Part shown: one piece after another, positions 49,337-63,556 of the stretch
Layout of the letters: each line of letters begins with the position of its first letter
How positions within the stretch are numbered: position 1 is the stretch's first letter
Assembly: GCA_028534125.1 (NCBI GenBank)
Contig: CM052817.1
Location: forward strand, 36,830,001 to 36,894,000
Length of the DNA: 64,000 nt
Direction of reading: 5' to 3'
Source: Lama glama
Lineage: Eukaryota
Made by a program: the position numbers and the translations under genes
Notes under the pieces: model-generated
What the model was told of the DNA's origin: nothing
What the model saw: the letters and a program-made list of their open reading frames with translations, nothing else
Database searches by the model: none

Positions 49337-50809
49337 GGGAGGTGGCAGTCGAAATATCAACTTGGTCACTAATGGAGCCGATGTAGGAGAATGCGTGAGA
49401 GTCAAGTGGGCCTGCCCACTCACGCTTACTCTGCTGGGGACTGACCAGTATCACATTTTATTATCAGTAGTCCAACTCTGTAAGTGTTCAGAAAGGCATT
49501 TACAAATCTCTTACTATATAAAGCTATGCTAAGTGATGACATAGCACAGATCATGAAAGAAAGTTCTGAGTAATGTCACTGAGTCTCCTCTTGCCTACGT
49601 TTTTGCATATTTTACATTCTCTTAACTTTTGTAGAAAGATTTGCTGCTGAGTCATGGATGCTAGATGTCCCAGGAGATCATCCACCTTCCTTCTCCACAC
49701 GCTATGAATAGCACAAGCATCGGCCTCGCGGACGTATGGGGCAGCAAGCCAGCACGGGACTTCACCCTGCAGTAAGGAGGCCACCCCTACTGGTGAGAAG
49801 GAGCTCGTCCTTCATGGCAATTTTATTCTTGGCTTTTCTTCTGAGAGGACGCAAGTGAAGGACACAATTAGTGTCAACAAGGATGGGGTGTGTTTATTTT
49901 TCCTGGTGTGTGGACACCCAACTTCTGGGACCAGTTCTGAGGTCAGTGCTCCAGCGGCCACCCGATGGTTTCTTTCTTTTTGGTCTTTCTTGTCCTGGAG
50001 GAGTAAGAACTAAAAAAGTAAGGGTCATGACACGCTGGAAATATGGCATGTTACAAAGAGAATAAAATACAGTTATGTGATACATCAGTTGCACACATGC
50101 ATTCCAATTCCTCACGTTGGACCAACTGCTGGTAGCAGTTATGCTCTGAATAGGTTCAGACACAGCCTTGAGATTTGCAGAATCCAATCAGACATTCAAG
50201 TATTATTAAGAGTTGTATGTTCCAACAAGTCAGAGAAAAAGGAGAGAATTATAAATTCTGTTAATGGTTTTTAGCCAGTGGATAAGAAGACATTGGCATA
50301 TCTTAAGAGCCAATGAATTACAAACTTCAATTATGTGTGTAGCTGCTGAATGAAGATTACAGACTAACTTTGCTTGAAAATAGGCAATAAAATTATTCAA
50401 ATCTGAGAGAATAGGTATGTACCCAAGCTTTCCTTTATGTTTGGAGTCACTGATGTAGAAACTACAAAATGGTTCACTGTGTCCCATAAATAAGGATCTG
50501 GTGGCATCCTGACTGATGCCTCTGGTACTTAAAAAATAGACAACAAATCAGCATGTTGAGAAATAAGCCTAATAATATTTTCATAGGAAAAAAACTCCGA
50601 ATTATTTGGAGTGGCATAATTGCTTTCTTAGTGAGTATGTATATTTTAAACTTGGAAAATGTAATAGTAAGTATAGAAATTATAAAGATAATTAAACATA
50701 TTTTATTCATGTTTTGAATTAAAGCATTAGCATAATTAGCATTTTAGATATTTATAAAGTTGAAGAGACTCTTCTAGACCAAAAGTCAGCCTTGTAATTT
50801 AATATAAAG

Positions 50810-51800
50810 AACAAATTTTTGGCTGTTGATCAGCTGTACCTTATATTTGCTTTCTATTTCATTGATTTATGTTTTTATATTTATTATCTCCTTCCTTCTA
50901 TTTTTTTTAGATTCAATTTTATGTTCATCTTCTACCTTTCTGAGTGAATAATTAGATCATTAATTTTCAGCCTTTCTTGTTTTCTACCATATGTATTTAT
51001 GGCTGTACATTTCTCTTCAATCACAGCTTTAGCTGTATTTCGTAAGTTCTGATAAACAGTATTTTCATTATTTTGCAGTTAGTTTTATTCCTGATTTTTA
51101 TTGTGATTTTTTTCTTTGATTATTTAGAGTATATTGCTTAATTTTCAAACATAGGGATATTTTTGTTTTCTTTTGCTTTTACATCTAGCTAATTTCTATC
51201 ATGATCAGATACTGTACTGATTTTAATCCTTTGAAATGTGTTGAGAATTGCTTTATGTCCTACATTTGGTTGATTTTGATAACTAATCCATGCGTGCTTG
51301 GTAAGGTCATCTCTTCTAGAGTTACTGGGTACAGTGTTTCATATATGTTTCACTTCAGCCAAGTTTGTTAAGGATGCTGTTCAAATATTCTAAACCCTCT
51401 TTTCTTGTTGTTGTCTATTTCCTCTATCAGCTACTGAGAGAATTGCATTAAAAATCTCCTACTAAGAAAATGAATTCATTTATTTATAAGTTCTGTCAGT
51501 TAAAAATTTGTATTATTTCAGATTAAGTTACTAGGTCCTACAAATTTAGGACCTGCATTTCCTGGTAGACTGGTCTTTTTCATTATTCTCAATCCCTAGT
51601 AATGATTTTCAGTTTAAAGTCTACTTTGTCTTTGTCTAATATTAGTATTGCTCTACCAACTTTCTTTCTGGATTAGGTTGGCATTGTATATATTTTTCAA
51701 CCTTTGCTCCAAACATTTTGATATCTCTGTGTTTTATCTATGCTTCTTGTAAGCCCATTACTTTTTTCCCCTCATTATTTGGTTTATTTTTCTGCTAATT
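50810..51800 (-). mobile_element. Old L1 ORF2 5' fragment
   Basis: tttctatttcattgattt...cacagctttagctgtat...ttgcttaattttcaaacat...tttaaagtctactttgtct. Confidence 0.7.
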
Positions 51801-52059
51801 GTTCTATATTCCACTTTTCCCCTCTTATCCATTTGCTTTCTGTATGCCAAATTTTGTTGATATGTTTCATGTACTGTCATTTGTCCTCTTCAATTTGTCT
51901 TTCCTTTCTTAATGAGGCTTGGGGAAAACTATACAAAGATTTTTGTCCTCTGTCTTACTTCAGACACTCCCATGGTCATTACATAGAACTTATTATTGTT
52001 CATTCTCAGTATTTGCAGTTCCTTCATAAATCTTGTTTCATGAATCCCTCTCTTTGAGC

Positions 52060-52760
52060 ATCACCCCTTGGATTTCCAGCTCATTTTCTCCAGAACCCCA
52101 ATTGCAATAATCCTTCAACTCTACCTTTACACTGGTCTTCCTTATATATCTCAAATCCCATGGCCCATCATTTTAATCAGCATATTATATGTACTTGCCC
52201 TCTCTCACCTGGTTGAACTTGCTGTCTGAAACCCCAACTCTGATTAAATCCACCTTTCTACCTACCCACCCTGGGTCTATTCAACTAAATGTGACAAGAT
52301 AAAACCACACTGATTGGTCTTGCTTCGTTGTCAATAATGATGAATTTCAAGGGGCCTGCGAATGCTGCTTCCCATTCTTACTATGTCTCTCCAGTTCTTT
52401 CATTCTCTCTCTACTAGCTACTGCTTCATGTCTTCCTCTCCTTGATCCACATTCTCAGCTGATGACCTGCTTTGCTAATACACTCAGGAAAAATGAAGCA
52501 CTCAGAAGAAAGCTGGCACAGACTTCCAGCCCAACCAGTAGCGTGTGTGCCCATGTACTTTTCCATTCCATGGGTCACTATAGGTAACCTTTCTGTACTT
52601 GGATCCAAGGTGCACAAGATCTGCTTGCTCTTGGCTGTTCAAGGCACCACTCCAGCAATCCTCACCTGCCTCCTAGTTGAAAACTTCCCTCTCCCCCGGA
52701 TTGTTCCTAATAGCACAGAAGCATGCAGGTTTCCCCATACTACCTCAAAAAACCTCTCTC
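52060..52760 (+). mobile_element. L2 internal fragment
   Basis: aaaccccaactctgattaaatccacc...ctcagctgatgacctgcttt. Confidence 0.5.
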
Positions 52761-52864
52761 TGACCACATACTGATGACAGATAAATCAAATGCTTCCACT
52801 TGGGGAAAAATATACTATTTTCACCTCTTATATTGGCAAAAGTATAAAATCTGATTAAAGAATT

Positions 52865-53095
52865 TATATGGAGTATTGGGTAAGAGCCTGTGTTTGGAGT
52901 TGGACTATGTGGGTCTGAGTCCTACCACCAGATAGACTTTGAACACATTTTTTGACTTTTTGTCCTTCAGTTTCTTCATTTGTAAAATGGGAATCAGAAT
53001 TATTCCTATCTCATAGTGATGTTATTTTAAGGATTAAATGTGTAAATTTGGGTAACAAGCTTAACAACAGCTCCTAGCACAAAGGAAGAACAGTT
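52865..53095 (+). mobile_element. MIR SINE
   Basis: cttcagtttcttcatttgtaaaatggga...aggattaaatg. Confidence 0.7.
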
Positions 53096-55692
53096 AACCA
53101 TTAAAACAGCATTTGAGGGTCGAGGAGGCTGTGAGATCTTAGTTGGCCTCATCCGCGTTGGTGGAAATCTAAAATTTTACAACTTCTGTGCAGGGCAATG
53201 TGGCAGAACCTAGCAGAATCACAGATGAACATGCCCTTTGACCGAACAATTTCACTTATGTGAATTTATTTTACAGATTTGCTTGCACACATTTGGAATG
53301 ACATGTGTACAAGTTTATCATTGCATCAGATGCCTACTGATAGAATGCCAGTAAATAAGTTAGATCCACCTATTCCTTGAGAATTAACCTCTAACTTTCT
53401 GTACGCCAATAGGAGATTTTCAAGTTATGTATATAACAAGATATACACTTTCAATAAAAAAGTGTAGGATAGAATAGTCTTGCCTACGATGCTACTGTTT
53501 GTGTAAAAACTAAGGACAAAAAATAAAGTTTTGTATATACTCACAAATCTATTGTACTATTTTATAACTATAAATGGAATAAAACCTTTAAAAATTGTGA
53601 ATCATTATATTGTACACCAACTATACTTCAATTTTTAAAAACTTAAAAAAAATTTAAAAAAGAAGCTCTGGCTTGTTTCTTTTGAATGATTTTCTGACTG
53701 AGAAGGGGGAAATGATTTCACATCAATATGTTCACATCTGAAATTCCTTATACTTTAACTTTACTGATGCACTCTATAAAGTGGCAACCCAATAAGGTGA
53801 GGATAAAAGCAGAGCACAGAGTTCCTAGGCCTCTTTGTCATATGCCAGCTACTTTGCTCACAGTGAAAATAAAACAGTGAGCTAGACAGGCACTGACTCG
53901 TGGAGCTTATATTCTAGTTATGGAGATAAAACCACTAATAAAAGAATCTAAATAAAATAGTTGGCAATTATAGAAAGTGCATTGAAGGAAAGAGTATGCC
54001 AATCAGCTCTTTGAATCTGACGGCCACTGTTGTCAAGCTCAGGTCAGACTGGTTTTTGTTTTTGTTTTGTTTTAGAAATACCGCCACAGTGGCCTTTAAA
54101 ACTCTAGGCAGCAGCTGTCTTTATTTGGCAAACTTGGAAATGTATGTTCTGTCCATTTGCCAAGATTGGCTCTGTGGCTGGCCAAAGAATCAAGAGGAGG
54201 TTTGAGTAACCCACAGTTTCTTTTCCACGGAATGCCACAAACTCAATGAGTTAGCTTTCTCTCCGTGGGAACTTATTTCTGACTTTAAAAAAAAAAATCA
54301 AATCATGGTCTTTCTTATTGGCTAAAAATTATTATGCCTAATAAAAGGAAAAGTTCACAGGCCTTGCCTTAAAATCAAGAGCTAAATGTGTCTATGATCT
54401 TAGTTAGGCGATGTTAAATATATTTTCTTTTCCATGGTTTGGCACTGGATTTTTTAGCCATAGTTTAATTATTTTTAAGGCATTGTGTACCTTCCTAATA
54501 TAAATTAGTGCAATTACATTACATTGACCTACAGATTAGATCAGTAGCCTCCTTTCAAAAGCTGTTTGGATGTTAGGAAAAATTTTAGAAAAAGCACTCA
54601 AAGATATTTGAAGGTAACAATGTAAATATACTAAAGAATGCAAAGATGTAAATTCTAAGTTAGTAAAGAATCCGAGTATTTTCTTTTGTTCAGTTAACTG
54701 TCAGGGAAGTTTTGTACATTTGTCTTCATTTGTATAGAATTCTTTCCCAAAATCAAATAATGAAGGATATGTTACTTAGCATCTCTCACTGGTTCTAAGA
54801 AAAAATTTACAGAATACTAAATATCAGTTCCCGTCTCCTTTCCATTCAAGTTTGTTTATTTTCAGAAGTAAAATATCACAAATAACAACAGAAAGCATCT
54901 TGTATACCTTTTGTGCCCTCTTTTAATAAAGTAGATTCATTTCGCTTTACTAGCACATGGTGACGTTGAAAGTCAAAAAGTTATCTACTGAAGTTTAGCA
55001 TGAGAGCATTAAATAGTGAGCTAAAGGATTTCAAAAAATAAGGTTATATTCTAATACTTATATTATTCTCTTAACCATCTTTCCTGCAGGTGTGTTCATT
55101 ATGTACCCATATGATTAACTAAACACCATTAACTTAGTTTCACATTGTTGACAGTCATTGATACCCCAGGCTCTGAAGCAAAACTTCACAAGGGATACCC
55201 CCTTAATTCACGTTCTCTAACTGAACTCTGATGGTCTTAAAATTATTGGTTTGTTTTTCTCTTATATACTTAGAGAAATTTATTTTTCATTAGGTTAGAT
55301 AGAATAAGGAGTAAATTGTTCTTGGTATAAGGAAAGTCTAATCTAGCTTTTCTTTTTCCCTGAAATATTCTTCTTCCAACAGCATAGCAAATATGTGGTG
55401 GTGCTTTTAATTCTGCTACACTGCATTCAAACCTCACCTCCTATATTAGTGCTGGAAAACCTGTAAAGAGCTCCTGGTGGCTCTTGGAAAAACAATGTGT
55501 TAAAATATGACTGGAATAAAGTCTTATCTTGTGGACCTTGCAGGGCAGAAACAATAATTTTAACATCGCACCTTCAGGGAATCTTGCAGTTTCGGTTAGT
55601 TTTGCCTCACAGGATTCCAATTAAATTCAGTTAAGAAGGGGCATTATTTCATGTTAGGAAAATAGCAATGGACCTTCTTACCAGTTGAGATT

Positions 55693-56093
55693 TGTTTTAG
55701 TCAGCTCACGCTGCTGTAACAAAATGCCATAAATTAGGTGGCTTAAAACAATGGGAATTTATTTCTCACAGTTCTGGCGTCTAGAAGTCTACAGTCCAGG
55801 TGCCAGCAGGGTCAGTGTCTGGTGAGGGTTCTCTCCTTGGGTTGCAGATGGCTACCTTCTTGCTGTGTCCCCACATGGGGTTTCCTCAGGCACACAACTG
55901 GAGAGAGACAGAAAGGAATTCAGCTCTCCAATGTCTTTTCTTATAAGGGCGCTCAGGCCATCATGAGGGCCCCAGCCTAATGACCTCATCTTAACCTAAC
56001 TACCTCGCAAAGATTGCATCTCTGAATGCCATCACGTTGAAGACTGGGGCTTCAACATAAGAATTTTAAGGGTACATAAATCAGCCCCTAGCA
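55693..56093 (-). mobile_element. MaLR solo LTR (MLT1A-like) with 5-bp TSD
   Basis: tgttttagtcagctcacgctgctgtaacaaaatgccata...ggggcttcaacata...cccctagca; flanks agatt/agact. Confidence 0.88.
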
Positions 56094-57554
56094 AGACTTA
56101 CGCAAGTAAGAGTCATAACTATGTGTGTATAAGTGTATTCCTTTTCTGGTAATATGATTAATTACACAACATATTTTCCATTATAACCTATACAGTTTAA
56201 TCTGATCATAAAATCCTCTAGAAGAGGTGAAGGGGAACCTTCTCTCATGTGTGTGGCATGAAGATTTTTTTAAAAAATATTGATCTTCTCTTTCATATTT
56301 CCCCTCTTTTACTTCTGTTTGAAGAGCTAAATTCTTCTAAACTCCATTCCTTGGAGAAAGGAACATATGGGTTTCTTCCTTTCTTTGTTTTTCAATAAAA
56401 CAAAACCCTAAGGAGAAAGCAGAGTGATCCTGGCATAGACAAAGGCAGGCTTAAAGGCTAGTCCGCAAGCTACATGGAGGCAAGAGAGCGGGAGTCTGAT
56501 CAAGGAGGGTGAAGCTGTGTGTGGGGATCAGAGAGCTGAGTCTTGTTCTCACCTACTTAACAAGTCAGAGCCCCTGAGGGATGACAGGACCTTCAAGAGG
56601 CTTTGGAGAGACTGAGTGAGATCTGTTTCCCACTCCTGGCGTAGAGCCGTGGGGAGTCAGAAAGAGTCCAGAAATTGGAGGTACCTGGGAGCAGAGGGTT
56701 TATGCTACCTCGTTTCCACGGTAGAGATCTGAGTAGGTGACAAGAGGACAGAGCAGCATGTTGAGTCTGGGTGCACTGAGCCGAAGAGAGACTCAGAGTC
56801 CTGTGCTGCAGGTCGTGATGGAAGCAGCAGAGTAATTCCTGTCTCTCAAGTGATGAGGAAGAAATCAGAAGAGCTGCTACACCTGAAGGGATCACGAGGA
56901 CAGGATAAGGGACTTGTTACTGCAGCCTGGTGGAGTGGTGACGGACACTAGAGAGAAGTGGCGTCAGAGGATAACTGCGTAGACAGATGATATTAAGGAC
57001 CATGTGCCTCCCTGCAAGGGGGCTGGCACCACTCAAGCACCCCGCTTAGACACAGATCTGGAGAAACTTCTAGGTCTCTGACTGACTGTGGTAAAGTGTG
57101 GGCCACCCAGCAGGTTGGGGGCTCAAAATAGAAATTGTAAAGGAAGAGAGTATGACGCATTAAGCCAGTAGGTCCATTTCTTTCCCTGGGCCTGTCTCTG
57201 CATTCCAAGAGGTATTGTCAGGCCACAAAATACTCAGTTACAGTTTTCCCTCAGGGCAATGGATGCTGGGTCACCTCATGTTTACATAACTCTTTCCTCC
57301 CAAAGGACCACCAGACATTTTTACTTGGATGTCTCAAAGGCACCTAATACTAAATACACTCAAAATCACACTCATAATCTTCCCCTCAGCTCTCTTCAGT
57401 GAGTGGGAACTGTTCTCCATGACAGCCTCCTCTCTGTCATCATCCATCTTCAATCCATCACTTCTCTCATTTCTCATTCGACCACTTGAGCGCAAGCTAT
57501 GATCATCTCTCCCTGAAGGGGTCTATCTGCATTCACTCGGTACTCACCTCATCA

Positions 57555-58021
57555 AGTAACTGAGCAGAACCCTGTGGGTCCTTCGGGGGACAGACCCTTC
57601 CCCCATAACCTCTCCTGTAGCTTCTCTTTGATAACAGTATCTCATGCGAATTTCCTGAGTTTTTCAGATGCTAAAAACCACTACCAAAGGGAAGGAATTA
57701 ACTACTTGAGGATGGAGCCTACATAGTCCCCAGATCTTCTGGTGCCTAAGGGTTGATAGTGTTGACCGCCTTGTCACCTCAACATCAACCAATCAGAGAA
57801 TTATGTACGACATGAATCACGTACCTGTGACCCCTCTCCCTTATCTGGCCTTTAAATAGGCTTTACTGAAACCCTTTGAGGAGTTTAGGGTTTTCTTGGG
57901 CATGAGCCACCCTGTCCTCCTTGCTCGGCCCTGCAGTAAACCTTTTTCTGCTCCAAACTCTGACGTTTCGGTTTGTTTGGCCTCATAGTGTGTTGGGCAC
58001 ACGAACTTGTCTTTGGTAACA
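57555..58021 (+). mobile_element. ERV1-type solo LTR with 4-bp TSD
   Basis: agtaactgagcagaaccctgtgggtcc start; aaccaatcag, tttaaa and agtaaa internal signals; ...ttggtaaca end; ATCA at 57551-57554 and 58022-58025. Confidence 0.85.
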
Positions 58022-58417
58022 ATCATTCTCTACGCTGCAATCTGAATGATTTTCAAAATGAAACCCCAATCACGCTGTTCTTTACAGCTTACCCAACACT
58101 TCCCACAGGTTCCATCGTGCCAAATGATTAACATGGTGACCAACCGGAGCTGGCTGCTGTGTTTTTATATAACCTCCTTTTAAACCATGCTCTTCTCACT
58201 TTCTGCACCCCAGCTACACTGGCCTCCTTTCCCTTCCTTAAATCCGAAAACTCCCAACTACCTCAGGGCCTCTTGGCATCTGCTTTTTCGACCTGAAATA
58301 CTGTCTTCATATCTTCACTAGACAATTTCTGTTCACACCTCAGATCTCAGTTCCTTATACCTGACCCTGCCAGCCAGTTAAATATCCCATTATTGGTCTT
58401 GTTACTGAGTCCAGACT

Positions 58418-58522
58418 CATATATGTATAACCAAATCACTGTGCTGTACACCAGAAATTAACACAACATTGCAAACTGACTATACTTCAATAAAAAAGAA
58501 ATAAAATACAATAAAATAAAAA
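58418..58522 (+). mobile_element. Short L1 3' end
   Basis: aatcactgtgctgtacaccagaaattaacacaacattgcaaactgactatacttcaataaaa. Confidence 0.8.
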
Positions 58523-59230
58523 TATATTCTAATATTTGTTACTTGCTTGAATTCTAGTTTCTGGAAACTGAGAAGAGACATAGTAAATTTTTAGGAGAGA
58601 AAATGATCAAGACTTGAGATATCAAGTTGGATCATAACAGATGAAATTTATGGAAGAATCAAACAATGGCTCCTATGATTTGGATTTGGATAGTGAGGTG
58701 GATGGCAATGCCACCCACTGAGAGAGAGAAGGCATGGTGTGAGCAGTAGAACAGCAGTGAGAGGAGGATGGCAAGCTGCCTCTGACATGTCCTTGGAGCA
58801 TCCAGGTGGGGAAGTCCAGCTGGAGATGGATATAGAAATCTGAAATTTGGGGAAAGGCCATCTGCATATGGGTGGCCATTGAAACCATGAGACGATGAGA
58901 CTCCTAAAAAAGTATCAAGTGTGGAATATGTAATTCACCAAAAATGTAAGTCCTCAGTAGTCTCTGAGGGTACTTCAATATATAACATGAAGTCAGATAA
59001 GAGAAGCCCACACAGAGAGAAAAAAAGTCCAAGATTCTTTTTTGAATATCATTATGTTATTCTCGAAAGAAAAACAATTTAAAACACCCTAAGTAAATCT
59101 GACTTAAATGCCACATAAACCTGAATTTTAAGGAGGTTGTGGGACAAAGGTGTCAAGCTTTTGCAAACATCTGCTGCACATTATAGTCTGCCAGTCTGGC
59201 AGCCAGTTGTACCATAATCTCTTGGGAAGC

Positions 59231-59418
59231 TTTTTTTTTTTGAAATGAAGTGTAGTTGATTTACTATGTTCTGTTAGTTTCTGGTCTATGGCATAGTGAT
59301 TCAATTATACATATATATATATATTCCTTTTCCTATTCTTTTCCTTTATAGGTTATTACAAGCTAATGAGTATAGTTTCCTGTGCTATACAGTAGGACCT
59401 TGTTGTTTACCTATTTTA
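59231..59418 (-). mobile_element. L1 3' end
   Basis: tgaagtgtagttgatttactatgtt...ccctgtgctatacagtaggaccttg-like sequence. Confidence 0.82.
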
Positions 59419-60616
59419 AAGATAAACATTCTAAGCTCCTTGCCTGTGTGTTTTGATTTAGAGGGTCTTTCATGAGGCTCGGGACTCAGTATTTTTAAAA
59501 GCTTCCTCTACCTAACATTCCATCAGCTTTGGAAACTTCTCCTTCTTGACACCTTCACCCCTTACCACCCCAAGTTGCACACTTTACTTTTTTTTCTTAC
59601 AGAAGAAAGTAAGATTCAGTGTATTTCTTGAACTTGGAGATGTGTGGCCTGAAGACAGAAAGTGCCTTCCATTTTTCTAGTTGTCACGAACTTTTGTGAC
59701 TAAGAGAGACATATAATTGCCAAGCTCAGAAACACCTGGAAATAAAAGAGGTGGTTATTATAAAAATAAGCACCTGTAGACAGTATTTATTTTATTGAAA
59801 AAATAATGGTTTAGAGGAAAAATCCAAGCTATAATAAAATTAATTATTGTTCTGCAAACCATCCTAAAGGAGGGTTTCCAATGAAAGGATTCGTTGTCAC
59901 CATTCAGCTATGCACACGGCTGCCGGTCTACTACCTGCTGTGGCTGCTCTTTGACCTGTGTCACGTGATAACCTGGAGAGTTCCAAATAGTTTTACCCAT
60001 CCGGGGGTCCACAGAACTCTGGTCTTCCTCAAGACATTACCAGGTGGTCTGCGAAGTAAATATTTGTTGCTTAATTTTTAAAACTGCTATTTACTCCATC
60101 TTTTTTGGAGTTTTACTGTAACTGCTGGCATATTAAAGGCCCTGAATAGTCCTACAATGAAGAGCCCATTCATTGTGTTTATTCTGTCAGTTCCCAAATT
60201 TATTTGACCATAATTTACTTATAATATAAAACACAGTCTCAGAAATGATGCTCCAGACAGTTTAATCATTCCAATGAGATCAAGAAAAAGAGTAAATCGG
60301 TGAACATCTGTGATCAAAGATGAGCAAAGCCTTAGGATAATCTGGAATGATAGCATTTGATTGTTAATCTTGACAATACACAGTTTCTGGGTTAAGATAG
60401 AGTATGTAAAGCATATTAGTAATATAAATGACAATTCAAAGGAAATATTTTAGAAATATAAGGCAATCTACTAACTTTAAATATTTTAGCAATATTTGTC
60501 TCCTTAAAATTATCGGAATAATTTAAAATATTGTTACTTATTCACTGAAGTAATTCCTAGGGGTATTTTCTTATTGATACTAGTAGCTTATGTTTGCTTA
60601 AAAGTATGAAGTTAGC

Positions 60617-60701
60617 GGGGAGGGTATAGCTTAGTGGTAGAGGGTGTGCTTAGCATGCACGGGGTAACTGGGTTCAATCCCTAGTATTTCCACTTAAAAA
60701 A
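60617..60701 (+). mobile_element. tRNA-derived SINE (short form)
   Basis: ggggagggtatagcttagtggtagagggtgtgcttagcatgcac...gggttcaatccc. Confidence 0.88.
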
Positions 60702-62354
60702 TGAGGTCTGAGTCCCTAGACACAGCAGGATGGCTTAGCCGCCCGCTTTGCCACAGCCCAGGGCTTGCAGTTTCCCGTCGTCCTACACGAGTGGCAGCAG
60801 AACCCTCAATCCTTCTCACCTGAACTCAGCAAGCTCCATATATTAGGGCCTGTTTTTTGCAGGCCCCACTTCTTTTACATCAATTTCTAATTAGTACTTT
60901 TTGGTTGCAAGTAAGTGAACTAAATCTAGCTACTTTAAGAAGAAAAGGAGAAATTTATTGGAAAGATATTAGGATAATTGATAAACCTCAAAGATAGCAA
61001 TGCAACTGAGCTCAGGAACAAACCAAAACCAGGAACTCAACATTGTTAAAACTCTCTCCATCTCTCTTTTCTCCAATCTCTGTAGATCGGCTTCATCGAT
61101 CTTTTTTCTGCATACCAGTTTTCCTTTTCCTAATCTACATTTCAAAAAAAATAAAGTAGCTAGTGACAGCTTTGAGTTTGATTAGACTTTATAGGTCTAA
61201 TCACCTACCTTTTACTCTTGTAGCTACTGATGAAGAGACAGATGGGCCCAACTAGGGTTACGTGACTCTCAGGAAACCCATCAGCTATGACCGAGGGTCA
61301 CAATACAGGAACAGGACAGTGATCGTGTGACTTGAGAGAGGAGTATAGAGGGTGATTCTTAGAAAAGAGATGCTGAGTAGACAAAACAACATGTATCCAG
61401 TAGTTGAGCTGTCTTGTGACTTTGTAGCCAGTGTTGTCAGACATGCAGAGGAATATTACATAGATTCACCCTTCATTTAAGTGGTCCATTCAATAGTGCC
61501 GTGGCTTGTTATAATGTGTTCAGAATAGTGGTAGCAGGCAGCCATGGTAATTCACAAATACTTATGTAATGAATTGAAAAATGAACAAATAGAGGTCTCT
61601 ACCAATTCAATAGAAAAATTAGTTTTAAAGTACTCTAACCGGTGTACTTAAAAAAAAAAAAGAATTTGAGGATTTGCTCAGAATTTCATTCAGCTCAGAA
61701 ACCACAGATTTGAATTTGGAGTCCAACATCTGGGAAATAGGTCGATGTACTTCTCATCATACTCATGGAATATAATGTGCTTGACGTCTTGCTCTGTCTG
61801 ACTCAATCTAACACATCTTTGCAGAGGGGGATCATGCTCAGTATTGACACAACTATCGTTTCTCTAAGAAAATTAGGGAGTTTATAGATGTCATAAGATC
61901 TATTTAAGAACTCCCCTCACATACTGTTGTCCTTAGTATAAAAGGACAATTGCTATTTACTAACAAAAGATGTTGACAAATTCTTGCACCTGTAGGCTCA
62001 GGAATCACCATGGTGTCCCTGTACTTTCCATCCTTCTAAACTGCTCTAAGAATAAGCCTGAAATTTCCCACCTGTTATAGATGGACACTTGGTAAGGGAA
62101 TTTATTCTCTTGTATGATGGTGATTTCTGGAATTCTCTGTAGCTCCTGTAGCTCAAGATGAAACTGCTGTTCCATCAGACTAGAATTCAGCTGGAGCTCT
62201 GGTACCTAGTGCCAGATTTGACTCTATGGTCCTTATCTAATATGCAGTGATGCTCTCTATGGGATTACCTGCCATCAAGGAGAGACCTTTTAAAAGGAAA
62301 GAGGAATGGATAAATGCCACATAATTGTTCCTTGATTCTTTAATTATTTACTTT

Positions 62355-63090
62355 TTAAAAAAAGTATTTAATTTGAAACAGTCTCAAATGTGCAGAAAAG
62401 TTACAAGAATGGTGCAGGAAAGACTGTTTTACCCTGAACCCTTTGAGAGTAAGTTGCCAAAATGCCCCATCACCCACCCCCTAATATTTTAGTGTATAAT
62501 TGCTACTAATAGGGATGCTCTCCTATATAGCCACACTATACCATCAATGTCAGGATATTAACATTGATGTATCACTACATCTAATCTTCAGACTCCATTC
62601 AAGTTTTGCAATCATCCTAGTAATGTCCTTTATGGAAAAATTATGTAGTCCATAATCACATGGTACATTTAGACATCTTCAGCCTAGACCAGTTCTTCAG
62701 TCTTTCCTTGACTTTAATGACCTTGACACTTTTAAAGATTATTGAGCAGGTTATACACTGTAGAATATCCTTCAAGTGGAGTCCATCTGATGTTCCTTCA
62801 GGATTTGAGTTGGATCATGCTTCTCTGGCAGCAATATCCTAGAAGTGATGCTGGGTTCTCATCACATGAATCAGGTGGCACGTGGTTTTAATTTGTCTCA
62901 TGACTGGTCATGTTAATTTTACCACTAGATTCAGGTGGTTTGCCCGGCTTCTTCACTGTAAAATTACTCTCTTCCCCTTGGAAATTAAGAAGTATTTTGT
63001 AAGATGGTATGTTGAAACCATATAAATATAACACCCCTCAACAAAATTTCAATTCATTTATTTATTCATTCATTTATATCAATATATTCA
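62355..63090 (-). mobile_element. Old L1 (L1MC-like) 3' end
   Basis: cagaaaagttacaagaa...ccctgaaccctttgagagtaagttgc...ttgactttaatgaccttgacactttt...cttcactgtaaa. Confidence 0.75.
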
Positions 63091-63139
63091 TTTTCTTTTT
63101 CAGCTTCTTTAGGTAAATAAGTTATTGCATTCTGCAGCA

Positions 63140-63556
63140 ACAATGTCACCCCAGAACCCAGGACTCCTCTCATTCCTATGTAAGCCAAAGGCCCCTCTCT
63201 CCTGGGGGCCGTTTGGGGCTGCAGGAGTGTGCCCTTGCTTGGGAAAGCCACAAGAACCGGGGAGTTAGTCTCAATCAACGAAGAATGAAAACTCACAGAC
63301 CAATCCCCAGCCTCCTCGCTCCTTGGGCTGGACAACTCAGAGTGTTCTACACCATTTCCCAGAGTTCCTCACAGGGGCTGAGCCCAGTTACCTCATCAGT
63401 GCGTTGCTCGCTAGCGCACCCATTATTATTGGCTCTCTTCCTTCTGCTCTAAACTCCCCACCCTCCTGAGAACTTCTGCCTCCTGCTATCACCTGCGCTA
63501 TTTGTATTCAAATCCTTTTCTCAAGATCTGCTTCCGGGACACTCATCCTAAGACAC
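63140..63556 (+). mobile_element. ERVL LTR (LTR16-like)
   Basis: ctcagagtgttctacacc...agagttcctcacagggg...tcaagatctgcttccgggacactcatcctaagaca. Confidence 0.6.

Noticed and set aside
60780..60800. CTCF-like motif acacgagtggcagcag
   Set aside because: The 5' half fits the consensus poorly; not supportable without a PWM scan.
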